A DNA stretch of 61,725 nucleotides, filler included, from Platydemus manokwari (GCA_037951405.1; 5 parts of 5 records of this genome joined end to end with filler, not necessarily neighbours in it), one strand, 5' to 3'. Counted from the whole stretch's first letter, positions 40,301 to 53,400 are shown. The notes: generated from the sequence alone by a model not told the origin. Numbers and translations are program-made.

Positions 40301-40559
40301 CAAATTTCATTTGTAGATTTTTTTAGAATCCATTGAACTTTTTGAGCACACAGTAAAGCTTTTGGGAAGAAATCCATTTTTATCAATATCGATTCACCAT
40401 TTATTAAATTATTATTATATCGATAGATCGATCAATATTAACATATCGCAAGCTCAACCATTACTGTTCAATTAAAATATCTAACCGAAATTATGTCGAA
40501 ATACTAAAATCCAATCAATAAAATAAGCCTATGATCTATTGAAATATTGTACTACAAGC

Positions 40560-40858
40560 CTATGCTAACTTTTTAAAAATTAGTTTTGAAGCACAGTGAT
40601 CAACACAATGAAACACGTCAAATAATTCTTCTTCGCATGTTTCTCCTCTGTCAGGATGTTTTTCAACTCTTTTTGTGCATTTATCCAATCGTTTCATATG
40701 TTCTTGACATTCGTGTTCTTCTCGACATTCCTCTTTTATGATATCCTGGTAAAATAGAAACAGAAATAATATATAAATGTCTAGAAATATTTTCATTCAA
40801 GTACCAGTGGATCTTGTAAATCTTCTGGATCATCATTTTGTGCTGCACTACCAGTCAT
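40560..40858 (-). CDS. uqcrh: Cytochrome b-c1 complex subunit 6 (hinge protein), 2 exons
   Basis: Exons 40858-40805 (MTGSAAQNDDPEDLQDPL) and 40745-40560 (DIIKEEC..C..LDKCTKRV..ETCEEELFDVFHCVDHCASKLIFKKLA), the UCR_hinge Cys pattern. Confidence 0.95.
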
Positions 40859-42139
40859 TTAAAATCAATTATTTATCTTCAAAATATTTGTTAATTACTC
40901 CACTTAAACAAATTCTGGCTAATATAGTTATTGGTATCTTTTCCTTATTTTATCAAATAAATAATTCGCTTTAAAAATATCTCAGATTCAAATATTTTGA
41001 AATTCATACAATTTTCTAAAACCTAAAATTTTTTCTCATATAATGATCGCTTTTCAATTTGATAAAATTTGTTGGAATTTACAATTTTAAATCATTCTAC
41101 TCACGTAAAAATAAGCAGTTGTTATTTTAAAAATTTAGATTGGCAATCTTGTCAAGTTTCGGCTAGTGAAGATCGAGTTTAGTTAAGCATGCAGTAACTC
41201 TTTTTGCAATTGTTTTTGTGATTGCTTCGGGTTTCTTTAGGATTATTTCCATCTCATCGAGGTGGCCTTCCCAATCTCTTTCCAGGACTTTATTAACTTT
41301 CATTATTTGTTTTGTACTGAGGGCTAAGTTTGCCAACATTATTTCATCTTCAATTAGCTTATCAAAATGTGTTATGACATGGTAAATTGGTTTTTGCATA
41401 TACTGTTCCTAGAGTGTTTCTTACTTTTGTGTTACTTCTCCGCAAAATAGCTATTTGATTATTTTGTAAATTGAAAAGTTTAGGTTAATATGATTGATTA
41501 TCTTTGTTGTCGAAATCTAATAAATGACATTAACAAAAATTATTGTTTTTTATTTACATTTAATTTAAAGTAAATTCTTGAAATCTTGTTAATTAACAAG
41601 CTCTACTAGATTTGATAATCAACTAGAATCGAACAATAATACAGACAAACATTTAACAGAAGACCCAGTTTTATTTTCAATAAATCAATATTCTTTTTGA
41701 TTACTTAATTGAGAATCTTGCTCAGTATTTTTACATATCAGTAAGACTGTAAAGATATCCCCGTTTAACGCAAACTTCAAAAATTTTTGTTAATCATTGA
41801 CAGTTTGATGCTATCTGGCTGTTTAATTATATTTAATTTAACTATATATATTTTAATTTTAAAACATTTTCAGATATGAAGTGCGTAATCTCAATAATTA
41901 TCGCACAGTATATTATTTTATAGTTATAAAGGATAATTTAAAAAGTATATGTATATATAACGCCCGTTAAACCATTTATACTCATACCAATATTTTAATA
42001 AATATTTGTAGGACTTATATAATTATTAATAAAATCTAATTATTAAGGTTTGTTTAAATGTATCACATTTTCTAATTATTGGTTATTCACGCTTAAAGTA
42101 TAGAATTTGTTCCTTTTTTTAACTTTTAATTCATAAATA

Positions 42140-43378
42140 ATGATCAACGATTTTGACATTTTAAATTTCCTGGACAGAATTCCCGTTTTATTGAGAATTC
42201 TACAGATGGTAATAAACTGCAATTGCAGAGTTTTCATAATAAAGCAATTTAGATATGCAGCACTGTTGTCCTTTCATGCATTATTGCTAATAATGAATTA
42301 ACTTATCAGTTATCGCAAAAAACATTGTGCACATTTAATTTTATAACCAGTACTTGTAATTACGGCATAGCTATTGGGTTTATCAGCCTTATATTTGGAT
42401 TTTATTTATTTGTTATCAATGGTTTGAAAAGCAAATTGACCATGATTGTGTTGAGAATAACCTATTTGGTGGAAATACTTTTAAATGGTAAATTTGATTA
42501 TATTTTATAAATTTTTAATGGCGATATAATCAGCTATTTTATTAGCTTTATAAATTAAATGATAATAATTTATTATTACATCGTGCTCGTTAATTGTAGA
42601 TCAAGCTTTTCATGGATTAATTAATGTGATAAATGATAAAATAAAGTTGTGGGGGGATCAAATATGTCCAAGCCCTCGTAAGTGGCTCGCAAATATATCG
42701 TCAGGAAAAGATTGATATTCTGAAAAGGAGGGGGCTTAAACAATCCTTGACATGTTTACTAGTGGATTGCGAATTGTTTTGTTTCTAATTTAATTGCCAT
42801 CCCGGCCATAAAGTTTGCTTTTAACGGTAATTATTAGCACTGCAATTATCGACCAAGCTTTTCCTGATTTGTATTTATTCGATTTCATTGTTTTGTACAA
42901 TCTCACCAATTTAGCCATCTTGTCCATCATGTGGTTGGGCGCATTTATCGATTTAACGGTCAAATGGGCTCAGACTGACAGCACCATCACACAGAATATC
43001 CTCCAATGGCTTGTAAGCAACAATCGCACTGCGATTGCTTTCGCTTTCTTCTCTTTTCTGTTTCAAGTAAATACAAATCAAATCACATACATTGTTTTCA
43101 TTGGATGTTTTATTTTGCAGACCATTCTGACATTTATATCCATCATTATCATTGTGGCCATATTTTTATCACCGAATTTCACCAATGACGAATCTTTCGT
43201 CAGTATTGATGATGATCGCGAGTCATTTCAAAACCGGATGACATTATCGAAATGTTATCAAAAATTGAAGCCAAATAATTATAATGATAATAATTATGAT
43301 AATAATAATAATAATAATAATAATGTGAAAAATGATCAAATAAATCCCGTTAATGATTATGAAGCCATCACCAACTGA
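42140..43378 (+). CDS. Synaptogyrin-like MARVEL-domain tetraspan vesicle protein, 4 exons
   Basis: Exons 42140-42208, 42253-42487, 42915-43066, 43121-43378. Segments FDILNFLDRIPVLLRILQM, CTFN..STCNYGIAIGFIS, MWLGAFIDLTVKWAQT and NRTAIAFAFFS match the synaptogyrin pattern (FD..F..P..LR; C.FN...C..G...G; W...F..L..W; R.AIAF.FFS). Poly-Asn tail. Confidence 0.8.
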
Positions 43379-45968
43379 TAGGCTTTAATCATTATTTATT
43401 TATCATACCTGACATAATAATAATGATAATAATAATATTATTGATAATATTTCAATTGGTGTAATAAGATATATTTTCATTGTAATGATTTTGATACAAA
43501 TAAATTATTTATTTTTATTGATTAAATAATTTATTGCCTCTCCCTCACAAAATCATGTACAGGCATAAATATTTCGTCTTTTACATTCCTTATCTAATTT
43601 CGATGTTCCCACCTTGGCAAAACATTTAGTAAAGCTTTTACAATAAATATAATTTTAATAACAAATATAAGCACAATTTTCACCCAAGAGGTTGGTCCAG
43701 AGACAACAGCAAAAGCTAAAATGGGACCATATTAACGGCTTCGAAAAAATACTTCTTAACAGGCACTGCTGCAATTGGCATTGCTGTACTCGACAATACA
43801 ATGACACAAAATCCATCTTCATTGCTACTACAAACTAGTAAGTTGCTGTACAATAATAATTACTAGCATAAATTCTTAGTCGATATTATTTCGTTCTGAA
43901 TAATGAAATGTAATTATTTCGCTCATCTTTATGTAGGATTCTTAAATAAGTGTGGTAGCTTTAATAAATATAGATTATTTATTTTCCAAACAATTGGTTT
44001 CAAAAATACAAATTCAATTAACAATTTTACCGCCATTTCCGGTGTTTATTGATTTTATTTGGCATATCGTAATTGTAATAATTTTGATATTTTTAGAACT
44101 AGTTAATTAGGTCTTTTGACATTGATAATCTTAATTATTTTTTATTAATCATAAGTGGTTTTGGTTTTCACAAAATAATTATTGATGTACAATATTTCCA
44201 TAACTAGTTGTTGCAAATATCCAATAAAATCGATAGATTATTGATAAATCGAAATAGGTTTCATTTGATAAATTCAATAGATCTGATATAGCTATGGAGC
44301 CTTAACTGGAAACTATTGGAGGAATGTGATTTTACCTCTCACAAAGATCACTTCAAATTATTTATTACCAACAGATAACAAAGTTATAAAATTGAAAATA
44401 TATTTACCGGATTGAGTTTTATATTAATTTACTTTATGATTTCAAGAGCTTAGTTATAAAATTGGTTGTGATTTCAAATTCTGACAATAAAGATTTATCT
44501 GATTAAAAATAAAAATTACAATAGAGGTGATGTTAATCAATTAGAATATTTAATGGTGGAAAAATAGTAAATAATAGTTAATTAACTGACAACTATAAAT
44601 GCTAAATATTTTCGGCTGCAAATTAAAACTAGAAATTCAAAAAAGCCAAGTCCAGCTTTGGGGCAAGATCATGTATATGATATTGGTTCCCATTTTTGAC
44701 CTCTACTGGAACTAATTATAAAATAAAAAATGAGATATAGTATTATCACAAGCACTGTAGCAACTAGTGTTGATAATAAAAACAAGAATAATGATGCTTT
44801 TCGTGTGGAAAATACTAAGATATTTAAGAATAAATATTTGGAAAAATTAAAATTTCAAAGCTCGTATTTATGAAATCTGTTTACCCACAATGATTGTTCA
44901 AATAGGGACAGTGGATACAGAAATGAAGAAAAATACTTTTTTATTGACTGGAAAGAATTCTTTAATACCAATAAAATGATATTTTATCTTAAAGTAAGCT
45001 ATTAGATTTATAGTGTTTGAACGGATGCTATAGAATATTCTGTTAGTATTTTCCGATTGAGCAATAGTATTAACATAATATTTATAAATAGTTTAGATCA
45101 AATATTGAATAAAATAATAATAATAACAATAATTTAAATCACAATGAATTAAAAACTCAGTTCATCACTATATATAATTAAAAATCACAATAGGTAGTCA
45201 CTCAAAGTGGGATCAACACCCGAGAGTTGAATACAGATCAGAAGACAGCCACAAAGACTAGTTGTCAGAAAAATCACATAAAAGTCAAACAGAATAAGAG
45301 TTATCAATCATAAGGTCTGGAGGTTGTTTTCAAAAATGGACTCTATAATGTTCTTGTAAATATTATTAAATTGATTCATTTAAACAAATTGTTATATTAA
45401 TTTTTGATTGAGGTAAATTATTAATTATTTTCTTTTAGATTTTTTCAAATTATATTTATTTAGAATTTTTTAATTATTTTTAAATGTTTTTTTACATACT
45501 CAACAATAATAATCATAATAATAACAATAATAATTGTTATAACAATATAACAACAATTAATGTGGCTGTTTTGCCAGTGCTTTTTTATCGGTTCGATTTT
45601 ACATATTAAGTTCAAATTAAAATACTGCCAATCTTTATTAATGACTCTTGTTTTTATTAACACTATTATCAATAATCCGTGTTACTCTCGTATGACAATC
45701 ATACACACAAAATAATATCGTACACATCATCAAATATTATCCGTAATCAAATGAATAAATAGCTATACAGTATTTATTATTTAAAATTATAATTTTACAT
45801 TTTTATAATTGTTTTTCCTATCTTCGTATTAAAATCGCATTGAGTATAAATATTTTTTATATTATTAAGATATCTGTAATATTAAACATTCAACGATGAT
45901 GTATTTAAACCAAAATAAAAATTACTTAAATTAAGCTGAATGAGATCATTTAGTCAAATGTTCCTCAT

Positions 45969-48143
45969 TCATAAATCATCAGTCTGTGTGGAGTTATCAA
46001 TCATTGTAATGGTATCGCTTTTTGTGGACGAATCAGTTGTATCTTTATATGAGTTGTCCTTTGATAGATTTTGTATAAAGGTGTTGCCTTCATCGATATA
46101 ATTTCTGTCTAGTTCATTTTTGAGGCTTGATCTGGAACTCAACTGATTTGGAAAATATTGAACTTTGCTAGGTACTGCTAAAGATAAACTTCTTTGTCTA
46201 ATATAAGGACTTGTTCCTATAGATGACGATTTGCTATTGATACTTTTACTACCTTGGGAGGATCCACTTTCTCTTCTTGAATTTTCCTCTATAGTATAAA
46301 TACTTCGTTCTCCTAACATTGTCTTTTTCTTTTCCGAGCTTAAATCAATTAGGGCTTTTTTAGACGTGTTATGAACCTTATGCTCCGAAATTCCTGTAGT
46401 ACTAGATCTACGTTTCTCGCATGCTGGTGGTTTTGATCTAGGAGCAGTTGAGAAAGAAAATCTGCGGCATCCTTTTGGTTGATCGTTTTTGAATTTATGA
46501 AATAATTTTATTTCAATTCTTTCTAATAAATCTGGAATACTATTTCGCATTCTATTATGTCTTTTGTAGTTGGTATCCTTATTTGTAATGTCTAATTCTA
46601 ATTTTGAGTCATCTGAAACATACACTGACGTATCAGTTGACTGTAAGGAAGAAGAAGTTGTTCTACTGGATAATGATTTAAATGAAAGCAAACGACTTTG
46701 GTTACTCAAACGATCTGATGCGGTTAATAAGTCTTCATTGTCGGTGAAAGTTGATTCTTTTCTATTAACATTTGAAAGTTTTTTAGATCTTTGATAAAAC
46801 GAGGAACGTGTAGAAATAAGTGACCGACTGGAAATAGATTGATCGCGGCTTCTAGTTTCCACACTAGATTCTGTTGAGGTATTGCCCAAGTTTGATGGAA
46901 AATATCTTTCTCGAATAGCGCGGTTTCTTTGTCCTTGATAAAACCTATCTTTATACCAATAGTCTAGATTATTCTTTTTGCAATAAAATCGGTTTATTAT
47001 ATTTTGAAAGGCTTTTCTGAAGTCTCTATTTAAGCAAGGATATATGATTGGATTTAGCATACTATTACAATATCCAATCCAAAATGAAATCTTTTTCAAC
47101 ACTGGCGAAATACCACATTTAACAGGACAAATACCGGAGAGAAAGAACATAACAAAAAATGGACCCCAGCAAAATACAAATGCTCCAATAATAATACCTA
47201 ATGTCTTCGCAGCTTTTGTGTGATGACCTAATCGTTTTAATTGATAAGCAATTGTCTTTTTGTTGGTTATAAGCATAGACGGGTTTGATAATCCTTGTTT
47301 AGTTTGCTGATTTTGAATAAATACTGCTCTGTTAAGAGAAGGCGAATTATCCAACGAAGTTAGTGAAGTATTTATGCTTCTCCATCTTGATATTCTCGCC
47401 CCATCCAGTTTACTCAGCGAATACATACCTGCTCTAAAGTTTTTATCATTTTCAGACTCATAACACCAAATCACGCTAGAGCCCCTTTTGATTTCTATTT
47501 TATGCCTAGTAGCAATTTGGTAAATACGACTGTAGAAGAAAATCATAACGGCTAAAGGTAAGAAAAACGATAAACCAGAAGAATAAACAATGAAAACTGG
47601 ATCATTATCTAATGCGCAATCGTCAATCAATTGCTTAGAATGGCCCCATCCAAACAACACTGGTGTACTAATAGCTGCCGAAATACCCCACAAAGTTAAA
47701 ATAATTATTATCGCTCTTTTACTTGTAGAAAACTGAGGATAACTCATTGGTCTCGAAATCGCTCTCCATCGATCCATACTAATTGCGCATAAATTAAAAA
47801 TAGATGCTGTGCAACACAAAACATCAGTTGCAAGCCACACGCGGCATCCTATCGAGCCAAGAATCCATCGTTGTTTAATTTCATAAATTGATGATAATGG
47901 AACAACCAGAGCCCCAATGAGCAGATCGGATATAGATAAACTGATAAGATAGAGATTACATGCCACCCGCAGTTTTCTCTCATAACATACTGCAAGTATT
48001 ACCATGCAATTACCAGCTAAGATTGCAAAAATAAATAAAATTAGTAGAACTGCGAGAGGAACATCTTTCAATTCATCAGACATTCTAAGAAATGATAACT
48101 TTTTCAATACACAATGTTGATATATGACATCAGCGTTGGTCAT
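45969..48143 (-). CDS. Aminergic class A GPCR, alpha1-adrenergic / octopamine-alpha1 (OAMB)-like; single coding exon, long Ser-rich C-tail
   Basis: GN (TM1), LSISDLL (TM2), WLATDVLCCTASIFNLCAISMDRW (amine-binding Asp3.32), YSSGLSFFLP (TM5), KAAKTLGIIIGAFVFCWGPFF (TM6), FWIGYCNSMLNPIIYPC (TM7). Confidence 0.92.
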   Translation of the reverse strand: MTNADVIYQHCVLKKLSFLRMSDELKDVPLAVLLILFIFAILAGNCMVILAVCYERKLRVACNLYLISLSISDLLIGALVVPLSSIYEIKQRWILGSIGCRVWLATDVLCCTASIFNLCAISMDRWRAISRPMSYPQFSTSKRAIIIILTLWGISAAISTPVLFGWGHSKQLIDDCALDNDPVFIVYSSGLSFFLPLAVMIFFYSRIYQIATRHKIEIKRGSSVIWCYESENDKNFRAGMYSLSKLDGARISRWRSINTSLTSLDNSPSLNRAVFIQNQQTKQGLSNPSMLITNKKTIAYQLKRLGHHTKAAKTLGIIIGAFVFCWGPFFVMFFLSGICPVKCGISPVLKKISFWIGYCNSMLNPIIYPCLNRDFRKAFQNIINRFYCKKNNLDYWYKDRFYQGQRNRAIRERYFPSNLGNTSTESSVETRSRDQSISSRSLISTRSSFYQRSKKLSNVNRKESTFTDNEDLLTASDRLSNQSRLLSFKSLSSRTTSSSLQSTDTSVYVSDDSKLELDITNKDTNYKRHNRMRNSIPDLLERIEIKLFHKFKNDQPKGCRRFSFSTAPRSKPPACEKRRSSTTGISEHKVHNTSKKALIDLSSEKKKTMLGERSIYTIEENSRRESGSSQGSKSINSKSSSIGTSPYIRQRSLSLAVPSKVQYFPNQLSSRSSLKNELDRNYIDEGNTFIQNLSKDNSYKDTTDSSTKSDTITMIDNSTQTDDL

Positions 48144-50799
48144 CTGTAAATTTTATGATTACAATGCGTGAAATTTTGCTAACAAATGGCTTTTCACCAC
48201 ACATCATCTCTTTTCTTGATAGGAATAAAGCACAAAGAATGGTACTGTATTAATAGGATCATGAGCTCCCATGCATGCTCTTGTGGACATTGAGTTGCAT
48301 CTTAATTTCTGTAAGAGAATTTTACAACTAATATTTTCCGCTTGAGTAACTTCACAAATGACTTATTCTAAATATCATGTGTAAAATATAATATTCTCTA
48401 GAAGCAAGAATGAAAAGATGATTTATATCATGTGATTGGTATGTGAGTATTGGGATGAAAAATGGATTTTAAACAAAATTAATGTTGGCCGATAAAATAT
48501 AACAAGTAATTCCATTAAATTTTCGATGTCTATTTATGTATAACATTCAATCGTTGATTTCTGGTAAATAAATTTATATAAGAATACACCCAAACAAGTT
48601 TTTTGTTACTCGACTTTTGGTTATTTCAATTCCACCTTGATTTTACTTCATTGCGAGAATTTGTGTCATTTATAAACCAAAATCGTCAAAAATCACATCG
48701 ATGTTATCCAATATAATATTTTCCAAAGATATTTATTGCTTTATCAAACTGAAATTTTAGATGAGATATTATTTTTCGGGAAATAACAAAGNNNNNNNNN
48801 NNNNNNNNNNNNNNNNNNNNNNNNNNNNNNNNNNNTTAATTAATTAANNNNNNNNNNNNNNNNNNNNNNNNNNNNNNNNNNNNNNNNNNNNAAATCAACA
48901 AATGGCAAATTGCTTTATAAATAAATTGTGTTTATTTTCTTTGACTAATAATGGAATCAATTCTCTGTCTTGTTTATATTTGAAATATTATTGATAAAAT
49001 GATTATTGATTGTGATTGTTGATTGATTTTGGAATGAATTGTACACAATTAAATGTAATATCTTTCAAATAATATTGGGCAATTACGAACTGTATAAAGT
49101 TACATGGATAAAGGGTTAGATGAAAATTTAATTTGTCATTTAGAAACTGGAACAAGTGTCGGTATTTTAAATTCCTTCTAATTGTTGTTTAAATTTTCTT
49201 TGTAATTGATTTTCGTTGAACATTATCGTAAGATTTTTTCTTAAATCGATTTTTTTACCCTATTTGCTTTGTTTTTATTTTATTTTGCCTTTTCTGCCTG
49301 TTTATACTTTAAAATTTTAATTTTCTTTGCAATTTGTAAGATGGTTGTCTCTTTTTAATTAGTATGATCTTGGAGTAATAAATATTTCTTTGGGTTTGTC
49401 TAGTAATTTTGGCAGATTTATTTTTTTATTTTATTTGTTGTCTTTTCTACTGATACATATTTTATTCGTGGAACTGTATTAAGTTGTAGATAGTAGACAT
49501 TATTATGTAAGTCTTCAATAGAATCCTCATTACCTAGTTTGATTACATTTTTACTTAGGTTTGAGAATTCTTAACAAATATCGCAGATTATTTGCGCAAT
49601 AAAATCATTCGGTATTCCCATCTCTTGTCTTTCAACTGTTTGATCCTGTCATTGTGCTTTCAGAACCTGTATAATTCTATCATATTTTGAAAGTTATTTA
49701 TTAGTGAGTCCTTAGATACTGTTCGGAAAGCTGCAATGAATGCTTAGTTTTCTAAGGTTGTATTGGGGAATTGTGTCTCTTCCTTCAATTGTTCATCTTC
49801 AAATGTTTTGTTCGTCATGTTTGTTGTCACAGCAATATCTCTAGTGACATATGTACGCAGCTAACGGTTGGTGAATTTTGGATTCCACTACAATTTATTA
49901 TTTTGCGAATAATTATCAGTTCGATATTCATCCATACATCCCTTTAGTGATCCTCGTCCAACTGATGGATGCGCTATTTTTGAAATCGAGATTATTTGAA
50001 ATTAGCGCATTTTCAGTCAAGCTATTGATTCTAATCCAATTTATTAATAACGACAAATATGATTTCATTTTGTTACGATAATGTTTATAATTCTAATGGC
50101 TTGACCATGAGTTGATGTTTTCAAGATGTTTGGAACTTTTAATTCTTAAAATTAAAATTAACCTTAAAATTAATTTTTTTGATACATGATATTCAAGTCT
50201 TTCTCAACATATTGATTGGTCGAAACGTTTTTTAAACGAAATATTTGAATGAGGAGTGATATCAAATATCATTTGTTGTGGATGCCATACAGTAATCTAA
50301 ATCATGCCTCTTTCTCCATAAATAAAGAAAGGAAAATTCAGATTGATTTGACAAATGAAGTATTTATTTAATGTATGCGTAGGTCTTACTACTTTTCTCT
50401 TTCAGAAAATAAATCTTCATTTTCGTACTTCTAAGTCCAAATACTATTCGAAATGCAGAAAAATTCTCTAATATATACATTTCAGCCAGTTCCGTAAATT
50501 GTAATTTATAATTTCACCAATCCCTATTATCATTTTATCCTCGATTTCACAAGAGATTGGTCATTAGCAGAGTCAAAAATTTATTGATCTATAAAATATA
50601 AAAATTACTTAAAATAAATGGAAAACATCACTTTATTGACTTGGACTTAAACACATTGATTTCATAAATTTATTTTAAAGTAAATTAGAAGTTGCTACCC
50701 AAATTTTATGTGTGACGATTTTAATTTTTACATCGTTAAATTGCAAAATTAAGTAACAGTGTGTGTGCAGGGGTAGAAAATGTGTGTCATTGAACACCA

Positions 50800-53400
50800 A
50801 TTTGATCAGAATAAAGAAGCTGGTTTCTACTGCTAATGGTGCTTTAGCTCAACAAGGACAAGAACTAAAAACCCATTCCCCACGCTAAGCTTTGTACATA
50901 TCACCAATAAATCATTTCCTTTAATTCTTCGAATAATGCATCTCATTTGAGGCAACTTTCGAGCTTGATACAATATTGAACAAAGCTAAGTAGTCTATCC
51001 GCGGACAAGCGGACTTTCCCCCACCATGTTTGGCTCCTCTGAGTCTGACTCATATGTGTGTTTATCCACTCCAGTGCTTGTGTTATGTTGCAACTGTCGG
51101 TGTCTGTTTCTGTTTTCGCAGCCTGACATAGAAAGTGGATCGAAACTTGTCTTATCATTTCATGCTTACTCGTCAGTAGGTAGAAGACATGCATGATAGA
51201 CTGTGTGGTGTAATCCTCACACATGTTTCTAAGCCCACACCCTCCATTTGATTTTGTCGCGTACAGGTAGTTCGTACTACAGTATTTCGGAACTCCTAAT
51301 AAGTTCTTTATGGACTTTCTCATCATGACATTCATCTCTAGCAGGCGCGTGAATGTGATGTAGTAATTCCTGGGATAAAAGTGGAATTTGTCTGTATAAA
51401 AAGTTCGAAGGCTCTTAGTTTTTGACAGGTAAAAGAATTGAGTCGGTCAGTTTTTGCACTGCGATTTGTAGGTCATTGAAGAGTACCTCCGTTGAATTAT
51501 GTAACTTGAGGCTAAAGTTTACTCCGAGATAACTATAGTGGTCTTCTAATGTTAATGTTGGTATCTCTTCAGTGTTGACTTTGATCTTATCATGGAGGGA
51601 CCCTTTTCTTTCATTATGAACATAGCCACATTTTACTGCTTTGAATTTGGCTAGGTTGGTGGCCTCGTTGATCATATATTGGATACTTTCTACATTCCTC
51701 CGATCAGCGCTTTGGTCGTCTGCGTAAGCCAAACACGATACCTTCTGATTCGCCTTCCTAACTTGTTGTTCTTCATCTTGACCAAGATTGGATTCATTGC
51801 GATATTAAACAGTAGCATTGAAATAGGGCACCCTTGGCGGACCCCGCGCTTCATCTTGATTGAACTCATCTCGTAATCGCCACATTTCAATGTTGTTTTG
51901 CAATTCCTGTAAAGACTCTTTATTAATTTGGTGGAGTTTGAGTCAAGACCCATGTATTTCAAAAGTCCAATCATTGCCTTGATGCTTATTGAAGGAAAGG
52001 CCTCCTCAATGTCCATAAATGAAATATGGATGTCATCTCTTCCTTTCTTTGAATAAGCCTCAAGAAGAGTCCGGAGTAAAAAATTGTGTTCTGCACACCC
52101 GTCCGTAGGTCCGAGACTCTTTTGCAATGGGCGAATAAGATTGTTTTCATCAGTCCAGAACCTGATCTGTTAGCACAAGATCGATGTAAAAATCTTGTAG
52201 CAACAATCAAGTAACGCGATCGGCCTCCAGGACCCAACCTCACTGTAATGCCTTCATCGGTTTCGGAATGATAGTTGTAGAATATGTTCACCATTCCTCA
52301 GGAATTTCTAATTCGTCAAGGCATTCATCAAACATCGTTTTTAACAATATACAGTCTGGGTCTCCGTAAATGATATCCTTATATCCAATATTGTTGCGTC
52401 CTGGAGCCGTCGGGTCTTTTTGTCTGATCGTTTTGTATATTGTTTCAATGTCGATCTGCCTGAAGGAGAAGTTGGGGCCTCTTTTTGTATATTTCTTGAG
52501 TTGACAAAATTTATTACAAGCCTTACTGCACAGATCTTGACATTCTGGTAGTACAAAAAGAAGTTGTTGTTTCTTGGTGTAATGTTTCTCCAACTCCTCC
52601 TTCTTGGGCCACGAATCCGCATTTGTTGAGCGATTGATGATCTGAAATGCCGCTGACGGAACGACATTGAAGAGATTCCTAAGTTTCAGGTCTGTTGAGC
52701 CTCAGTTTAGATCATTAGAAGCACTGCCTAAAAAAACTTGATTAGGTTGTTTAATCGGTGTCATGTTGATTATGTGCTTGCATATTTCTTTGTACATTGT
52801 GTTTATGTCTACTCCTTTTATATTGGTGTTTATGTTATGTGCTAGACTTTTGCGTATTTCTATTGTGTCTTTTGGTGTTTCTTGTGGCAGGCAGAGTAGT
52901 TGTTCGCGCCTCTTGATTTTCTTTTTGTGTTGTAAGTATACAATGTAGGCTTTTCTTAAATTTTTGTAATGTTTATGTTGTCGAGGGGAACTCTGTTGCA
53001 TGTATTTCTTATGTACCCAAAGACAAGAGGGCCACTTTCTCCAAAGTTTGATTGCAGGTGGCGCTCACCGCTGGCACTGACCGGTTTGAGTTTTTCATTT
53101 TTCCATAGGAACCGAGATATGTTTGTGTTTATGTTGCCGATAATGTTTTCCTTTTCTTCTGTTTGTAGATCACCTTCTGGGTCGAGTATTGTAATTGTTT
53201 CGTTCGGTACATGTATAATGACCACAACCCACTCCCTTGTTTGAAGCAGAAGTGAGCAGAAGATGATTTCTCTGTTGTCGAAGTACTTGAATGATAAGAA
53301 TTCTCTGATGTCAATTCTTTGAGGACATTATGCTACTTTTGACAACTAATTACAATATTGTCATACACATTCTTGTTCTGTTGATATAAATATTTATTTA
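50800..53400 (-). mobile_element. Frameshifted non-LTR retrotransposon of the R2/NeSL-like group with an N-terminal Ulp1-like protease domain and RT
   Basis: RT motifs in order across frames: TAPGRNNIGY, SWRPIALL, QKSLGPTDGCAEHNFLL, FMDIEEAFPSI, RGVRQGCPISMLLFNIAMNPIL, AYADD, YSYLGV, LYATKSNGGCGL. Upstream: FDNREIIFCSL..REWVVVIIH..ITILDP..QSNFGESG (Ulp1/C48 pattern). No endonuclease domain recognised. Confidence 0.88.

Noticed and set aside
41163-41399. 78 aa ORF between UQCRH and synaptogyrin
   Set aside because: Probably TE-derived, but no diagnostic motif recognised and no gene structure.
50838-50890. gctttagctcaa resembling a tRNA 5' arm next to the retrotransposon
   Set aside because: No cloverleaf or T-loop consensus can be built; more likely decayed element sequence.
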